Origin: Eledone cirrhosa
Taxonomy: Eukaryota
DNA length: 64,000 nucleotides
Direction of reading: 5' to 3'
NCBI GenBank assembly: GCA_964016885.1
Contig: OZ024760.1
Span: forward strand, 29,264,001 to 29,328,000
Shown here: one piece after another, positions 13,296-26,916 of the stretch
Layout of the letters: every line of letters starts with the position of its first letter
How positions within the stretch are numbered: position 1 is the stretch's first letter
Notes under the pieces: model-generated
Seen by the model: only the letters and a program-made list of their open reading frames with translations
Database searches by the model: none
What the model was told of the DNA's origin: nothing
Program-made: the position numbers and the translations under genes

Positions 13296-15594
13296 ATATG
13301 TATTTATATATTTATGTATGTGTATATATATGTATATGTATATATTTATTTATATATGTATATATATATATATATATACATATATATATGGATGTATATA
13401 TATAAATATATATATACATGTATATATATATACATATATAAATACATACATAAATATATATATATATACATATATAAATACATACATAAATATATATATA
13501 CACATGTATAAATACATACATAAATATATATATATACACATGTATAAATACATACATAAATATATATATATACACATGTATAAATACATACATAAATATA
13601 TATATATACATGTATAAAAACATACATAAATATATATATATTTATATATATATATATATATATATATAAATATATATATATATACACACATACATATATA
13701 TTGCAATAAACATTAAAAAAGGATGTTCCAATAAAAGGTGGAGAAGGTGAGGGGGTTAGTTGAAAGCTAGACAGGGGAGGGGGTTAGTTAGACAGGCCTC
13801 ATTAGATATGCTACCACAGTTGCTTTGGTTACCTTTCATCTGTTCAATTTTATAAAATCAAAAAACCAATCCATAAAACAATCATTAGAAAAACTTGCTA
13901 TGTATTCCTGTCATTAGTGTTATGAGATTGATTAAATAAAGACCCAGTAATTTATTGGGGTTGGTTTAGTTACCCCCCGCACCACCACAACCACCTCCAC
14001 AAAAAATTCATAATTAATAAATTGCTGGCCTTGTGCTTAAATTTGAAACTGTTATTGTTATTATTATTATTATCCTGATGGAGTCGATAAAATCGAATAC
14101 CAGTAATGCACTGGGGTTGACTTAGTTATCCCCCCGCACCACCACAACCACCTCCACAAAAAAAAAATCATAATTAATAGATTGCTGGCCTTGTGCTTAA
14201 ATTAGAAACTGGTTTGGCAGAATCGGTAGAGCATTAGAACATCATTTTTTGCATCATAGAGTTACGGTCCTTTACAGTCTGAGTTCAAATCCCACCGAGG
14301 TTAACTTTGCCTTTCATCCTTACGGGGTCAATAAAATAAAGTACCAGTAATGCACTGGGGTCGATTTAATCAACTTTCCCCTCCCCAAATATTGCTGGCC
14401 TTAAGCCTATAGTAGAAATCATTATTATTATCCTGACAGTGGGTTGATAAAATTTAGTACCAGTAACAAACGGGTTGATTTAATCGACTTTCCCCTTCCC
14501 TAAAATTGCTGGCCTTGTGCCTACTTCTGAAACCATTATTATTAAATTCTTTTTTTTTAATTGTAATTTTGCAATATTTGGTACTTTGGTACTTTACTTT
14601 CTGAGTTTAAATCCTGCTGAGGTTAACTTTGCCCTTCCACCTTACAAGGTTAATAAAATAAAGTACCTGTAACACACTGGGGTTGATTTAATGATTTTTC
14701 TCCTGCCCCCCTTCAAATTGCTGACCTTGTGCACAAAAGTAGAAACAATTATAATTTTATTGTTGTTTTTATTCTTTAACTTTTCATTATTCCATAAAAT
14801 GCACAAAACTATAATGTTATAAATTTCAGTCAGGTGTAAACTTGAAAAAGAAAACAATATTTTGCTGTGATATGTATAACGTTGTATCAGATAAGCCATT
14901 CGCTTATATGTGATAAAAATCTTCAAATGTTTATTTTATAAACATCTCAATTCAAACATAACATACTTTCTTTTATTGCAAAAAAAGAAGGAGGAAAGAA
15001 AAAAAATGGCACCAATTTAAATTAGTTTGGTTTTTGCTATTTAAAAATTTAAGGAAAAAAAACATGAGATAAAAAAAAAAATGTGTTGTTGATTGAAGGG
15101 AGGGGGCAGGAAAATACATTATTTTTTATTGATTATAATATTTTTTTTATATTTCTTCTTCAAATAAATATTTTCCAATATTTATGAGGCACAGCCAGTG
15201 GATTGGCAGAATCGGTAGAGCATCAGGCACCCACACTTGTTTGTGGCATTTACTGGATAAACTTGATTATAAGCCAATGAATATGTGACCAACATATTGA
15301 TGGAAGAAGGAGTGGGATTATATTTGAGGTCAATATTTTGATGATTTTCCACCATCTTTAAATTCTATGTAAATATGGTTTGGATCTTTGCCTCTTTCTC
15401 AAACAAAATAGTGAGGTTGGCTTATATTCGAGTATATACAATAGTCACGGCTCTTTACGTTCTCAGTTGAAATCCTGCCGATAAAATAAAGTATCTGTAA
15501 TGCACTGGGGTTGGTTTAATCAACTTTCCCCTCCCCCCAAAATGCTGACATTCTACCAAATGTAGAAACAATATTTATAAGAGACACAGAAAAA

Positions 15595-17508
15595 GGGTTC
15601 CTTCACATCCATGTTGATTCCTTCACAATCATGTGGGTTCTTCACAACCATGTTGGTTCCTTCACATCCATGTTGGTTCCTTCACAACCATGTTGGTTCC
15701 TTCACAACCATGTTGGTTCCTTCACATCCATGTTGGTTCCTTCACATCCATGTTGGTTCCTTCACAACCATGTTGGTTCCTTCACAACCATGTTGGTTCC
15801 TTCACATCCATGTTGGTTCCTTCACATCCATGTTGGTTCCTTCACAACTGTGTGGGTTTCTTCACAACCATGTTGGTTCCTTCACAACCATGTGGGTTCT
15901 TCACAACCATGTTGGTTCCTTCACATCCATGTTGGTTCCTTCACAACCATGTGGGTTCTTCACAACCATGTTGGTTCCTTCACATCCATGTTGGTTCCTT
16001 CACAACCATGTGGGTTCTTCACAACCATGTTGGTTCCTTCAGATCCATGTTGGTTCCTTCACAACCATGTTGGTTCCTTCACAACCATGTTGGTTCCTTC
16101 ACATCCATGTTAGTTCCTTCACATCCATGTGGGTTCTTCACATCCATGTTGGTTCTTCACATCCATGTTGGTTCCTTCACAACCATGTTGGTTCCTTCAC
16201 AACCATGTTGGTTCCTTCACAACCATGTTGGTTCCTTCACATCCATGTTGGTTCCTTCACATCCATGTTGGTTCCTTCACATCCATGTTGGTTCCTTCAC
16301 ATCCATGTTGGTTCCTTCACATCCATGTTGGTTCCTTCACAACCATGTGGGTTCTTCACATCCATGTTGGTTCCTTCACATCCATGTTGGTTCCTTCACA
16401 ACCATGTTGGTTCCTTCACAACCATGGTGGTTCCTTCACAACCATGTGGGTTCTTCACATCCATGTTGGTTCCTTCACATCCATGTTGGTTCATTCACAA
16501 CCATGTTGGTTCCTTCACAACCATGTTGGTTCCTTCACAACCATGTGGGTTCTTCACATCCATGTTGGTTCCTTCACATCCATGTTGGTTCCTTCACATC
16601 CATGTTGGTTCCTTCACAACCATGTTGGTTCCTTCACAACCATGTTGGTTCCTTCACATCCATGTTGGTTCCTTCACATCCATGTTGGTTCCTTCACAAC
16701 CATGTGGGTTCTTCACATCCATGTTGGTTCCTTCACATCCATGTTGGTTCCTTCACAACCATGTTGGTTCCTTCACAACCATGTGGGTTCTTCACATCCA
16801 TGTTGGTTCCTTCACATCCATGTTGGTTCCTTCACATCCATGTTGGTTCCTTCACAACCATGTTGGTTCCTTCACAACCATGTTGGTTCCTTCACAACCA
16901 TGTTGGTTCCTTCACATCCATGTTGGTTCCTTCACATCCATGTTGGTTCCTTCACAACCATGTGGGTTCTTCACATCCATGTTGGTTCCTTCACATCCAT
17001 GTCGGTTCCTTCACAACCATGTTGATTCCTTCACAACCATGTTGGTTCCTTCACATCCATGTTGGTTCCTTCACATCCATGTTGGTTCCTTCACATCCAT
17101 GTTGGTTCCTTCACATCCATGTGGGTTCCTTCACATCCATGTTGGTTCCTTCACATCCATGTGGGTTCCTTCACATCCATGTGGGTTCCTTCACATCCAT
17201 GTTGGTTCCTTCACATCCATGTTGGTTCCTTCACATCCATGTTGGTTCCTTCACATCCATGTTGGTTCCTTCACAACCATGTGGGTTCTTCACATCCATG
17301 TTGGTTCCTTCACAACCATGTTGATACCTTCACAACCATGTTGGTTCCTTCACATCCATGTTGGTTCCTTCACATCCATGTTGGTTCCTTCACATCCATG
17401 TTGGTTCCTTCACAACCATGTTGGTTCCTTCACAACCATGTTGGTTCCTTCACATCCATGTTGGTTCCTTCACATCCATGTTGGTTCCTTCACAACCATG
17501 TGGGTTCC
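15595..17508. repeat. Minisatellite with a 20/19-bp unit
   Basis: GGTTCCTTCACA(T/A)CCATGTT repeated about 95 times. Confidence 0.97.
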
Positions 17509-17704
17509 ACTTCCTGTTACCTGCCACATTCTCAATGTAGTTTCTACTTCTGCTGGAGCCTTCAGTCAATCATTACCCTGTGAGTGAAATTTGGTGGGCA
17601 GAAATTGTGCAGAAGTCCATATATATATATCTCCTATCCAGGAGATTCCAACCAGAATGGTTGCATTTTTTCAGGGTATGTCAATATTTATTTATAAAAC
17701 TAAC

Positions 17705-17785
17705 CTATATTATATTTTATCTGATGAAAGCACACCATAGTTTGCCTTGGTGGCCCTTGAAATATGTATAATGAAATAAATATAG
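17705..17785 (+). ncRNA. Type I hammerhead ribozyme
   Basis: TATTTTAT-CTGATGA-AAG...CTT-GAAA-TATGTA-TA-ATGAAATA; AUA site. Confidence 0.75.
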
Positions 17786-19099
17786 TTTTATAAATATAGT
17801 TTCCATTTGTTAATATATTGTATATTTACTCCAATAATTTGTTGAGTGCTTTATATCAGTTATAAAAATATTTTACTTGTTGTATCCCAACAAATTAAAT
17901 ATAACCTCTATATATATATATATGTACATACACTTATATATATATGTATATACATACACATATATATATGTCATATATAGACATAGATATATTCATACAT
18001 ATATAAATATATATACATACATACATATATATATATATAACGAAGGAGTTGTCGTAAGGAACCAGATGCACCATAACGCACCAGAGTACTCAATACTTAG
18101 GGTAGTAGAGTGGGTATACATATACATACACTTATATATATATATATATACACATACACATATATATATATCATATGGTGGCTGCCAACTCGTTTTCGAG
18201 TACGGCCACTACTTTATATCCATGTAGGAGAACCCCCACCGATGCACTGAACGAGTGTGACTTTTTAGTCCAGCCAGCGACTTGAAAACTCGGGTACAAA
18301 CACTACACTTGTGACAATTATTGACACATAGTGCTGGGCCCATGGTACCATGTGACGACAAGTGCAGAGAGATCTCCAGATATAAAGCAATGCCTGTGCC
18401 GTGAAGCTTTTATAGTGAGCAAAGGCACTGCACAAAGCCAGTCCCACTCTATTAACCAAGATGATATTTACCAAAAAGAAGAACAAGTCAACATCATTGG
18501 ATACTATCAGGGTTGCAGGTGTTATATCAGAGTTTTCCTTCTCCTAGAATTCTGCCTTGACAAAGGCTAAGGGGTCATCTCTCCCGGTGATTTTGGATTG
18601 CCATTGACTCTTAAGAGCTCCTTTGCCCTTTGACAGGTTTTGTTTTTAGTCCTGCAGGATGTCCAAAGTCACCCTCCTCACCAAGAAATCTTGGTGGGGT
18701 TGCCAGTTTAGTCGCCAACGTCCCGACCATGGGACATATATCATATATAGACATAGATATATTCATTCATATATAAATATATATATACACACAAACTCAT
18801 GTTCTATGAAATGTATGTATAGATTTGCTGGCCTTGTGCCTAAAGTAAAAATAATTATATGGCAGTATCGGTAGAGGGTCGGACGCCATGCTTTGACGCA
18901 TAGAGTTACGGCCCTTTCCATTCTGAGTTCAAATCCAGCCGAGGTTAACTTTGCCTTTCATCCTTACGGGGTCGATAAAATAAAGTACCAGTAATACACT
19001 GGGGTAATTATTGGCCTTATGCCAAAAGTAGAAACAATTATAATAGAATAGATCTCTCATAATTATATCTCCTGGACATATCTTATATATCACACCTAC

Positions 19100-19765
19100 A
19101 CACACACATATGTACCAACACACACACACACACATATGTACCAACACACACACACACATGTATATACCAACACACACACACACATATGTACCAACACACA
19201 CACACATATGTACCAACACACACACACATATGTACCAACACACACACATATGTACCAACACACACATGTATGTACGAACACACACACATATGTACCAATA
19301 CACACACACACACACACGTATATACCAACACACACATGTACCAACACACATATGTACCAACACACACACATATATACCAACACACACACTCACACATGTA
19401 CCAACACACACACGTATATACCAACACACACACACACATATGTACCAACACACACACACATATATACCAACACACACACATATATACCAACACACACACG
19501 CACGTATATACCAACACACACACACATATGTACCAACACACACACACACACATATACCAACACACACACATATATACCAACACACACACATATACCAACA
19601 CACACACATATATACCAACACACACACACACACACATATACCAACACACACACATATATACCAACACACACACACATATGTACCAACACACACACACACA
19701 CGCACATATACCAACACACACACGTATATACCAACACACACACACGTATATACCAACACACACAT
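19100..19765. repeat. Compound (CA)n-TATACCAA repeat
   Basis: Direct inspection. Confidence 0.9.
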
Positions 19766-19894
19766 GAACAGAAATAGCTGTTTATTTATGGTTTTCTATT
19801 AAATTAGCTGCTTAAGTAATGGTTTCTCGTTATCCAATTAGAGAAAAGTTTAAATGAGGCCGGCCAATAGTTTAAAGCTATAAGAAGAAATAGC

Positions 19895-20252
19895 CTATTA
19901 ACCCTATAACACCTATAGTTTGTGCCCTATTAACCCTATAACACCTATAGTTTGTGTCCAATTAACCTTATAAACACCTATAGTTTGTGTCCTAGTAACT
20001 CTATAAACAGCTATAGTTTATGTCCTAGTATCCCTATAAACACCTATAGTTTGTATCCTATTAACCCTATAAACACCTGTAGTTTGTCCTAGTAACCCTA
20101 TAAACACCTATAGTTTATGTCCTAGTAACCCTATAAACAGCTATAGTTTATGTCCTAGTAACCCTATAAACACCTACAGTTTGTGTCCTATTAACCCTAT
20201 AAACACCTATAGTTTGTGTCCTATTAACCCTATAAACACCTATAGTTTGTGT
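19895..20252. repeat. Minisatellite with a unit of about 33 bp
   Basis: TTAACCCTATAAACACCTATAGTTTGTGTCCTA repeated about 11 times. Confidence 0.9.
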
Positions 20253-20282
20253 GTATATATATATATATACATATATATATGT

Positions 20283-20323
<41 letters not shown>

Positions 20324-20358
20324 TATATATATATATATACATACATATATATGTATAA

Positions 20359-20422
<64 letters not shown>

Positions 20423-20589
20423 ACAAACACCCATATATGTGGAATATCCCAACTGAAAAACCTTTTACTAAATCCTTGAATTCCACCTCAAAGAAACTGA
20501 AGAGATGCTTGTAAATACTTTGGAACATCTTTTGGATCAATGGAATATTCTTCTGCTTGAGGGGATTATTTCATATGATTACCTTATAT

Positions 20590-20650
<61 letters not shown>

Positions 20651-20651
20651 C

Positions 20652-20701
<50 letters not shown>

Positions 20702-20702
20702 G

Positions 20703-20733
<31 letters not shown>

Positions 20734-20787
20734 GTAAATATAAACATATATATAACACATACACATATATATATACATACATATGTA

Positions 20788-20819
<32 letters not shown>

Positions 20820-20987
20820 TTCATATACACACACACACACACACATATATATATGTATATATATATATGTATATGTGTATATATATATATATGTACATAT
20901 GTATGTATATATATATGTGTATGTGTTATATATATGTTTATATTTACATATATATATATATAGAGAGAGAGAGAAAGAGAAGTATAC

Positions 20988-21024
<37 letters not shown>

Positions 21025-21461
21025 AAGAGAAGTAGATATATAGAGAGAGAGAGAAAGAGAAGTAGATAGAGAGAGAGGGAGAAAGAGAAGTAGATAGAGA
21101 GAGAAAGAGAAGTAGATAGAGAGAGAGAGGGAGAAAGAGAAGTAGAGAGAGAGAGAGAGGGGAAAGAGTGTGTGAGGGAGTGGGGAGGAGAGAGTTGATA
21201 TAATCTGCTTATCTTGTTTTCATTCAAATGACATTTTTTCTGAATTATCAATACATACCAATATTCAGCAAGTTATCAACCATCATAATATGTCATATTT
21301 GTTTGATTATATATATATCTACATATATATATATATATATATATTATATATGTGTATTATGTATATTATATATGTGTATTATGTATGTATATATATATAT
21401 ATGTATGTATGTATGTGTATTATGTATGTATATATATGTATGTATGTGTATTATGTATGTA

Positions 21462-21492
<31 letters not shown>

Positions 21493-21737
21493 GTATATAT
21501 ATGTATGTATGTGTATTATGTATGTATGTATGTGTATATATATGTGTGTGTGTGGGTGGGGGGTATATATATATCAACTAACCCATGCTAATGTGGATAA
21601 ATGGACATTAAATGAGGATGATGATAAATCATCATCATCATCGTTTAACGTCCATCTTCCACACTAGCATGGGTTAGACGGTTTTGTTCCAGATATGGAA
21701 GTAAATAAGTTTAATGCTTGCAATAGCAGGAAGAGGG

Positions 21738-21773
21738 CCTTAACGTTTCAGACGCTAGTTCTTCATCAGAAGA
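21738..21773 (-). ncRNA. Minimal type I hammerhead ribozyme
   Basis: TCTT-CTGATGA-AGA-ACTAGCG-TCT-GAAA-CG-TT-AAGG. Confidence 0.65.
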
Positions 21774-22074
21774 AAGAATGAGAAATTAGAAATATTGAAG
21801 GAACAGGCAGGACAAAATAGGAGGAAAAAATCTTTTTAAGAAAAATAGCAGATTCATTCATGTTGCCATCTCTTGGAAAACTGTTGATGCTGGCATTTAA
21901 TGTATGATGTACTTTTTTTTAGAAAAGTGGATGATGGAGCATGTCTATCTGAAAGGGCAAACAAAAAAAACATTTTCTATACAGAGGAACCTCAATTCAC
22001 AAATGCCTCGCATTGTGTACAAATCGGTTCATGAATAATTTTTCTGAACAGAAAATGTCTCATTTAAGGAACGC

Positions 22075-22660
22075 ACGGCAAAAAAACACCCAGCCCACAC
22101 TGTAAAGTGGACCTGTAGGCACCACGGAAAAAAAAGCACCCAGCCCACACTGTAAAGTGGTCGTGGAGGCGCCACGGCAAAAAAGCACCCAGTACTCACT
22201 GTAAAGTGGTCGTGGAGGTGCCACAGCAAAAAAACACCCAGCACTCACTGTAAAGTGGTCGTGGAGGTGCCACAGCAAAAAAGCACCCAGCCCACACTGT
22301 AAAGTGGTTGTGGAGGTGTCATTAAAAAAGCACCCAGCACTCACAGTAAAGTGGATGTGTAGGCGCCACAACAAAAAAGCACCCAGCACTCACTGTAAAG
22401 TGGTCGTGGAGGTGCCACAGCAAAAAAGCACCCAGTCCACACTGTAAAGTGGACGTGTAGGCGCCACGGAAAAAAAAGCACCCAGCACTCACTGTAAATG
22501 AGGTTGGTGTTAGGAAGGGTATCCAGCTGTAGAAATCAAGCCTGAATCAGTTCCCGTATAAGCAAGACAAGGTCAGCCGACCGGACGCTGCCTACAACAG
22601 AACAACCCGTCTAACCCATGCTAGCATGGAAGAACGGACGTAAAACGGTGATGATGATGA
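22075..22660 (+). repeat. Tandem amplification (unit about 45 bp) of the SINE core, ending in an intact RTE-type tail
   Basis: AAAAAGCACCCAGCACTCACTGTAAAGTGGTCGTGGAGGTGCCAC repeated about 9 times. Confidence 0.85.
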
Positions 22661-22699
22661 TATATATATAGTTATGTAATAAACAACATAAGATAATTA

Positions 22700-22772
22700 T
22701 TTCATTTACCAAAGGTTTCAGGAAGACAGACAAACCTGACACAGATGTCTGAAATCGCTCATCAGAATGAAA
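22700..22772 (-). ncRNA. Type I hammerhead ribozyme (left arm of an inverted pair)
   Basis: TTTCATT-CTGATGA-[helix II including CAGACA/TGTCTG]-GAAA-CC-TTT-GG-TA-AATGAAA; GUA site. Confidence 0.65.
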
Positions 22773-22808
22773 ATTTATTTATTATGATTTATTATGGTTT
22801 TAAATAAA

Positions 22809-22876
22809 TTTTCATTCTGACGATCGATTTCAGACGTCTGGCTCATCTGTCTTTGTGAAACCTTTGGTAAATGGAA
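22809..22876 (+). ncRNA. Type I hammerhead ribozyme (right arm of an inverted pair)
   Basis: TTTTCATT-CTGACGA-[imperfect helix II]-GAAA-CC-TTT-GG-TA-AATGGAA. Confidence 0.6.
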
Positions 22877-23012
22877 TAGTTGTCTTATGTTGTTTATTGC
22901 ATAACTAATAAGCTCTGTAGCCTACATAGAACACTATCTTTTCCTTTACCTTTCCTACGGAAACACTTCATATGTATGTATATATATATATATAAATATG
23001 TATGTGTATATA

Positions 23013-24079
23013 TCTATATATATATAACTGAGGATGTTTGTGTGTGTGTGAGTTCGAATCCCTAAAACTCGAGAACCACCAAACCGACTGTTTTCAAACT
23101 TTACACATGTAATAGTTAGGTTTCAGGGAGTGTTCTGAGCAAAAACAATTTCAAATTTTCTATGCCCCAGGGACCACATTGGGCGATTTACCGATCTTTC
23201 TCTATAATTCTTAGTCTTTCTCTTTTTAGATAGATACATACATATAACGTTGCGCCCTTATAATATCTGTCTGTATGTCTGACTGTCTGCATTACGTCAC
23301 TTCCTACAATTCCCTCTTCATCCAGAACGCGCCCTTATAATATCTGTCTGTATATCTGGCTGTCTTCATCGCACTCGGCGCGTCAATGTATGGTTGTTAA
23401 AGGGGCCGCGAATGCATTCTGATTCATTCTAAAGGCTACCAGTGGAAGCAACCGTAACACCCTCCAAATGTCAGAGAACGCAGTCAAAGTCACTATTAAG
23501 GGCTACAAGTGAACGTTCACATGGCCCTTTTTAGGGCCACCACTTGAAATTGTTGATGGTTACCCCTCCATACTGGAGTGTCAGTGAACGGCTTACAAGG
23601 CCCTTTTAAGGGCCCTTGAAATAACTGATGGCGACCCTTTCATTTAGGGCTGCCAGTGAACACGTACACGCCTCGGGGCCCATTTTATTGACCATTCCTT
23701 TTTAAATTTGTTAAATTATACCCACAGTTTGGTAAACGTTTGTCCAGTTGCGTTACTTACTAAGGTATGGTGGACTCCTTCAGGAAGGCTCCACATGCTG
23801 TCCGATTGCACGTCATGCCTTGCTCAAGCATTGCAGACTTCCCTCTGACATAAGTGGTGACATCTGTCCTGCTGACTCATGCCACTTTATTAAAGTACAA
23901 AAGCACCAAGCCGATTTTCTCCACGTGGAAGGAGAAGCATACCTAATACTAATTGCATCAGAGCATTAAGTTTATTTTCTTTACATATTGTCAGGCATGC
24001 AGTTTTTCCACGATTAGGACTGTTGGTAGCCCGCGTTCCAAAATACCTTATCCCGTGCAACACCGGGTACCACTGCTAG
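23013..24079 (+). mobile_element. Non-autonomous Helitron
   Basis: 5' A|TCTATATATATAT...; 3' hairpin CCCG-TGCAACAC-CGGG followed by CTAG|T; inserted between A and T with no TSD. Confidence 0.75.
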
Positions 24080-24160
24080 TATATGTATATAACAGGGTTT
24101 GTAAATTGCTTGAAGCATTGTTGCATGGTAAACACAAATTTAAATAATTTTGAAAACCAA

Positions 24161-24340
24161 ATAATGCATTAGTCTCTCCTGGGGACACTTTCTTGATAAT
24201 GCATTAGTCTCTCCTGGGGACACTTCCTTGATAATGCATTAGTCTCTCCTGGGGACACTTTCTTGATAATGCATTAGTCTCACCTGGAGATACTCCCTTG
24301 ATAATGCATTAGTCTCTCCTGGGGATACTTCTTTGATAAT
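24161..24340. repeat. Minisatellite with a 35-bp unit
   Basis: ATAATGCATTAGTCTCTCCTGGGGACACTTTCTTG repeated 5 times. Confidence 0.9.
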
Positions 24341-24792
24341 GGGTTTTTAAACCTGAAAATATCAGGGATCATTAAATTTGCTAAGGTAAGATTCTTTTAT
24401 TATCTTAACGATTTGATAACTAACAACCCTAAAACATTCTCATTGGGACCCAGATTTTAAAAATGAAAACCCTTTTTTCTCTAGGATATACCGTTTCGGA
24501 GCCTTTGAGAGACATACACACATACACTCATATATATGTATATATATGTATGTATGTGTGATGTGCATGTATATATTTCTATCTCTCTATATATATTCAT
24601 ACACACACATATATACATATACATGTGTGTGTGTGTGTATATATATATATATGTGTGTGTATGTGTGTATATATATGAATGTATGTATAGCATATTTGGT
24701 AATATACCATATGTTTAATTAAAAACATTTTGAAGACCTTGCGCTATCATTTTAGAGTAGTGACTATGTCACTTCTTTTTTCAGCAAATGAA

Positions 24793-24852
24793 GGGAGAGA
24801 AGCTGACAGATCTGTTTCACACTGTTGGTGTTCCTCAGAGCAACGTACTCCC
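24793..24852 (-). ncRNA. Type I hammerhead ribozyme
   Basis: GGGAG-tacgtt-GCT-CTGAGGA-ACAC-CAACA-GTGT-GAAA-CAGATCTG-TC-AGC-ttct-CTCCC; GUC site, helix I with an internal loop. Confidence 0.8.
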
Positions 24853-24994
24853 CGACCTCTGCCAAAAATTATAGAGGCTGGATTCTTATAGAATTGCAGT
24901 AATAATCAGGAACTGATTATACAGAGCGATTGCCGGTCCAGCAAAAATTAAAAATTAGGATTGGTGCGCTGAAATAGTGATGTATACATGAATG

Positions 24995-25037
<43 letters not shown>

Positions 25038-25105
25038 TCTCTCTCTCACACACACACACACACATGTATATGTATATAATAAAATATATATATATACACA
25101 CACAC

Positions 25106-25154
<49 letters not shown>

Positions 25155-25500
25155 ATAAAAAATATATATCCACAGATGTTATCTATAAATCAGTGTCTAA
25201 TCTTTTCTCATGAATTTCAACAAAACCAAAATAACTTAAATCCCAAACCTAACTTTGAAAGAGAGAGAGAGAGAGACAGAGACAGAGGGAGGGCAGTCAA
25301 AGAGAGACAGGGAGGGGGGACAAAGAGAGACAGGAAGAGGGAGGGGACAAAGAGAGATAGATAGAGAGAGAATGTAGCATAAACTCTTGGTTTATTTTAC
25401 AATTGAACAACTAAACATGTTGAAGGAAAGAATCTTTAAGTGAGATATTTCTTTTCATGGCTACATTTCTGGAAAATAACCTCCCACACTATATATATAC

Positions 25501-25534
<34 letters not shown>

Positions 25535-26029
25535 GTATATATATATATGTATGTTAACTATTTCTGTAGCAAAGGTAAAGGAAAGAAGAGTGCTCTATGT
25601 ATAGTACAGAGCTATTTAATTACCTTTGGTAATGGAATAATTATGGATGGTATAGGATAGGACATGTTGGATGGTATAGGACAGGACAAGGTTAGAAGAG
25701 GGGGGATAGGAAATTACTGAGAGGTTTTCATTGGATTCTCCTCACACTGCCGCCACCTTGGTACAATGGAAACATACACATACATATATAGCATGATACA
25801 CACTCACATAGACACATACACACTCACCCATACATACATAACCACTGCCAATGTCTTGCACAGAGTTAGCAACCATGATAAAAACATTCACTGTGAATAG
25901 CCGGCTGTGGTTGGAGTTCATGTACTTTTGCATGTCGTTTGAGCCCTCCTACTGATCTACACTCTTTTCCACAGGCTTGACAGGTATGGTGAGTAGCATC
26001 TCTGACAGCAGCCTGGTAGTCAACCACTG

Positions 26030-26185
26030 GTCTCACTTTATGACTGCGAAGATGACTTTAGAGTCCACTTTGCTGAGACAGAGTCTTGCACAGACTCTGC
26101 ATGTCAGCACCATAGGAGGACCTTCACTGTCTGGAAATATAACAGCAATGCCCTTCCTCACGTCCCTTTTTACTTTCTCGTGTGC
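26030..26185 (-). mobile_element. Degenerate LINE C-terminal C2H2 zinc finger remnant (RTE-like)
   Basis: CRVCARLCLSK followed, after a frameshift, by SHLRSHK. Confidence 0.45.
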
Positions 26186-26916
26186 GATTAGATTGCCTCA
26201 AAGGCAACTTTCCCCTCATATACAGTCTTTCTCCATTTATTACGATCAGCAGCTACATTTTCCCATGTATCAGCAGAGATGTTAGCGTCTTTCAAGGAGG
26301 CTTTCAACGAATCCTTAAGCCTCTTTTTTGGTTTATGTGGAGGTCGTTTTCCTTTAACTAACTATCCATACATACATGCATGTATGCACACATATATACA
26401 TAAATACTTACATATATACACACATATATACATATGCACAGGCAGATATAGATTACTACATTATGACTTCATGTTATATATAATGTTAGATTAATTCTGA
26501 AAGGGTTAAATGTCAAATTGTTTGTGGACAATATTTAGATATATAATGATGACTTACTAAACAGTCTCTCTCTCTTTCTCCCTCCCTCTCTCTCACTCTC
26601 TATCTCTCTCTCACTCTCTTTCCCTCTCACTCTCTCTCTCTCTCTCATTGATGACTTACTGAATAGCTTCTATCAAATGAAACAATTCTAGATCTGTAGA
26701 AGTCATTTCCATATCAAATATATATCTTCTCTATTAATATATTTAACTCTGGTTTCTTCTGCTTTAGAATCCCCCTCTCTCCACCATTCTTAATCATATA
26801 TCATCATTTAATATCTATTTTCCACGCATGAGTTAGAGGAGTTGTCATGTTATGAGGCAAGTCAGATCTGGTGTGACCATGTCATGCTCACACAGATCTC
26901 TATTTTAGCTTGGTTT

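Noticed and set aside
15611-17587. Long ORFs (658, 563 and 298 aa) and a CRISPR-like periodic look
   Set aside because: They are translations of a 20-bp tandem repeat. There are no unique spacers and no cas genes.
20440-20585. Possible mariner 3' remnant (GDYF-like), with similar scraps at 21980-22070 and 40333-40480
   Set aside because: Too short and degenerate to support without a database search.
24785-24875. Apparent splice acceptor followed by QMKGEKLTDLFHTVGVPQSNVLP
   Set aside because: It reaches a stop with no good donor and is better explained as the antisense of the 24793-24852 hammerhead.
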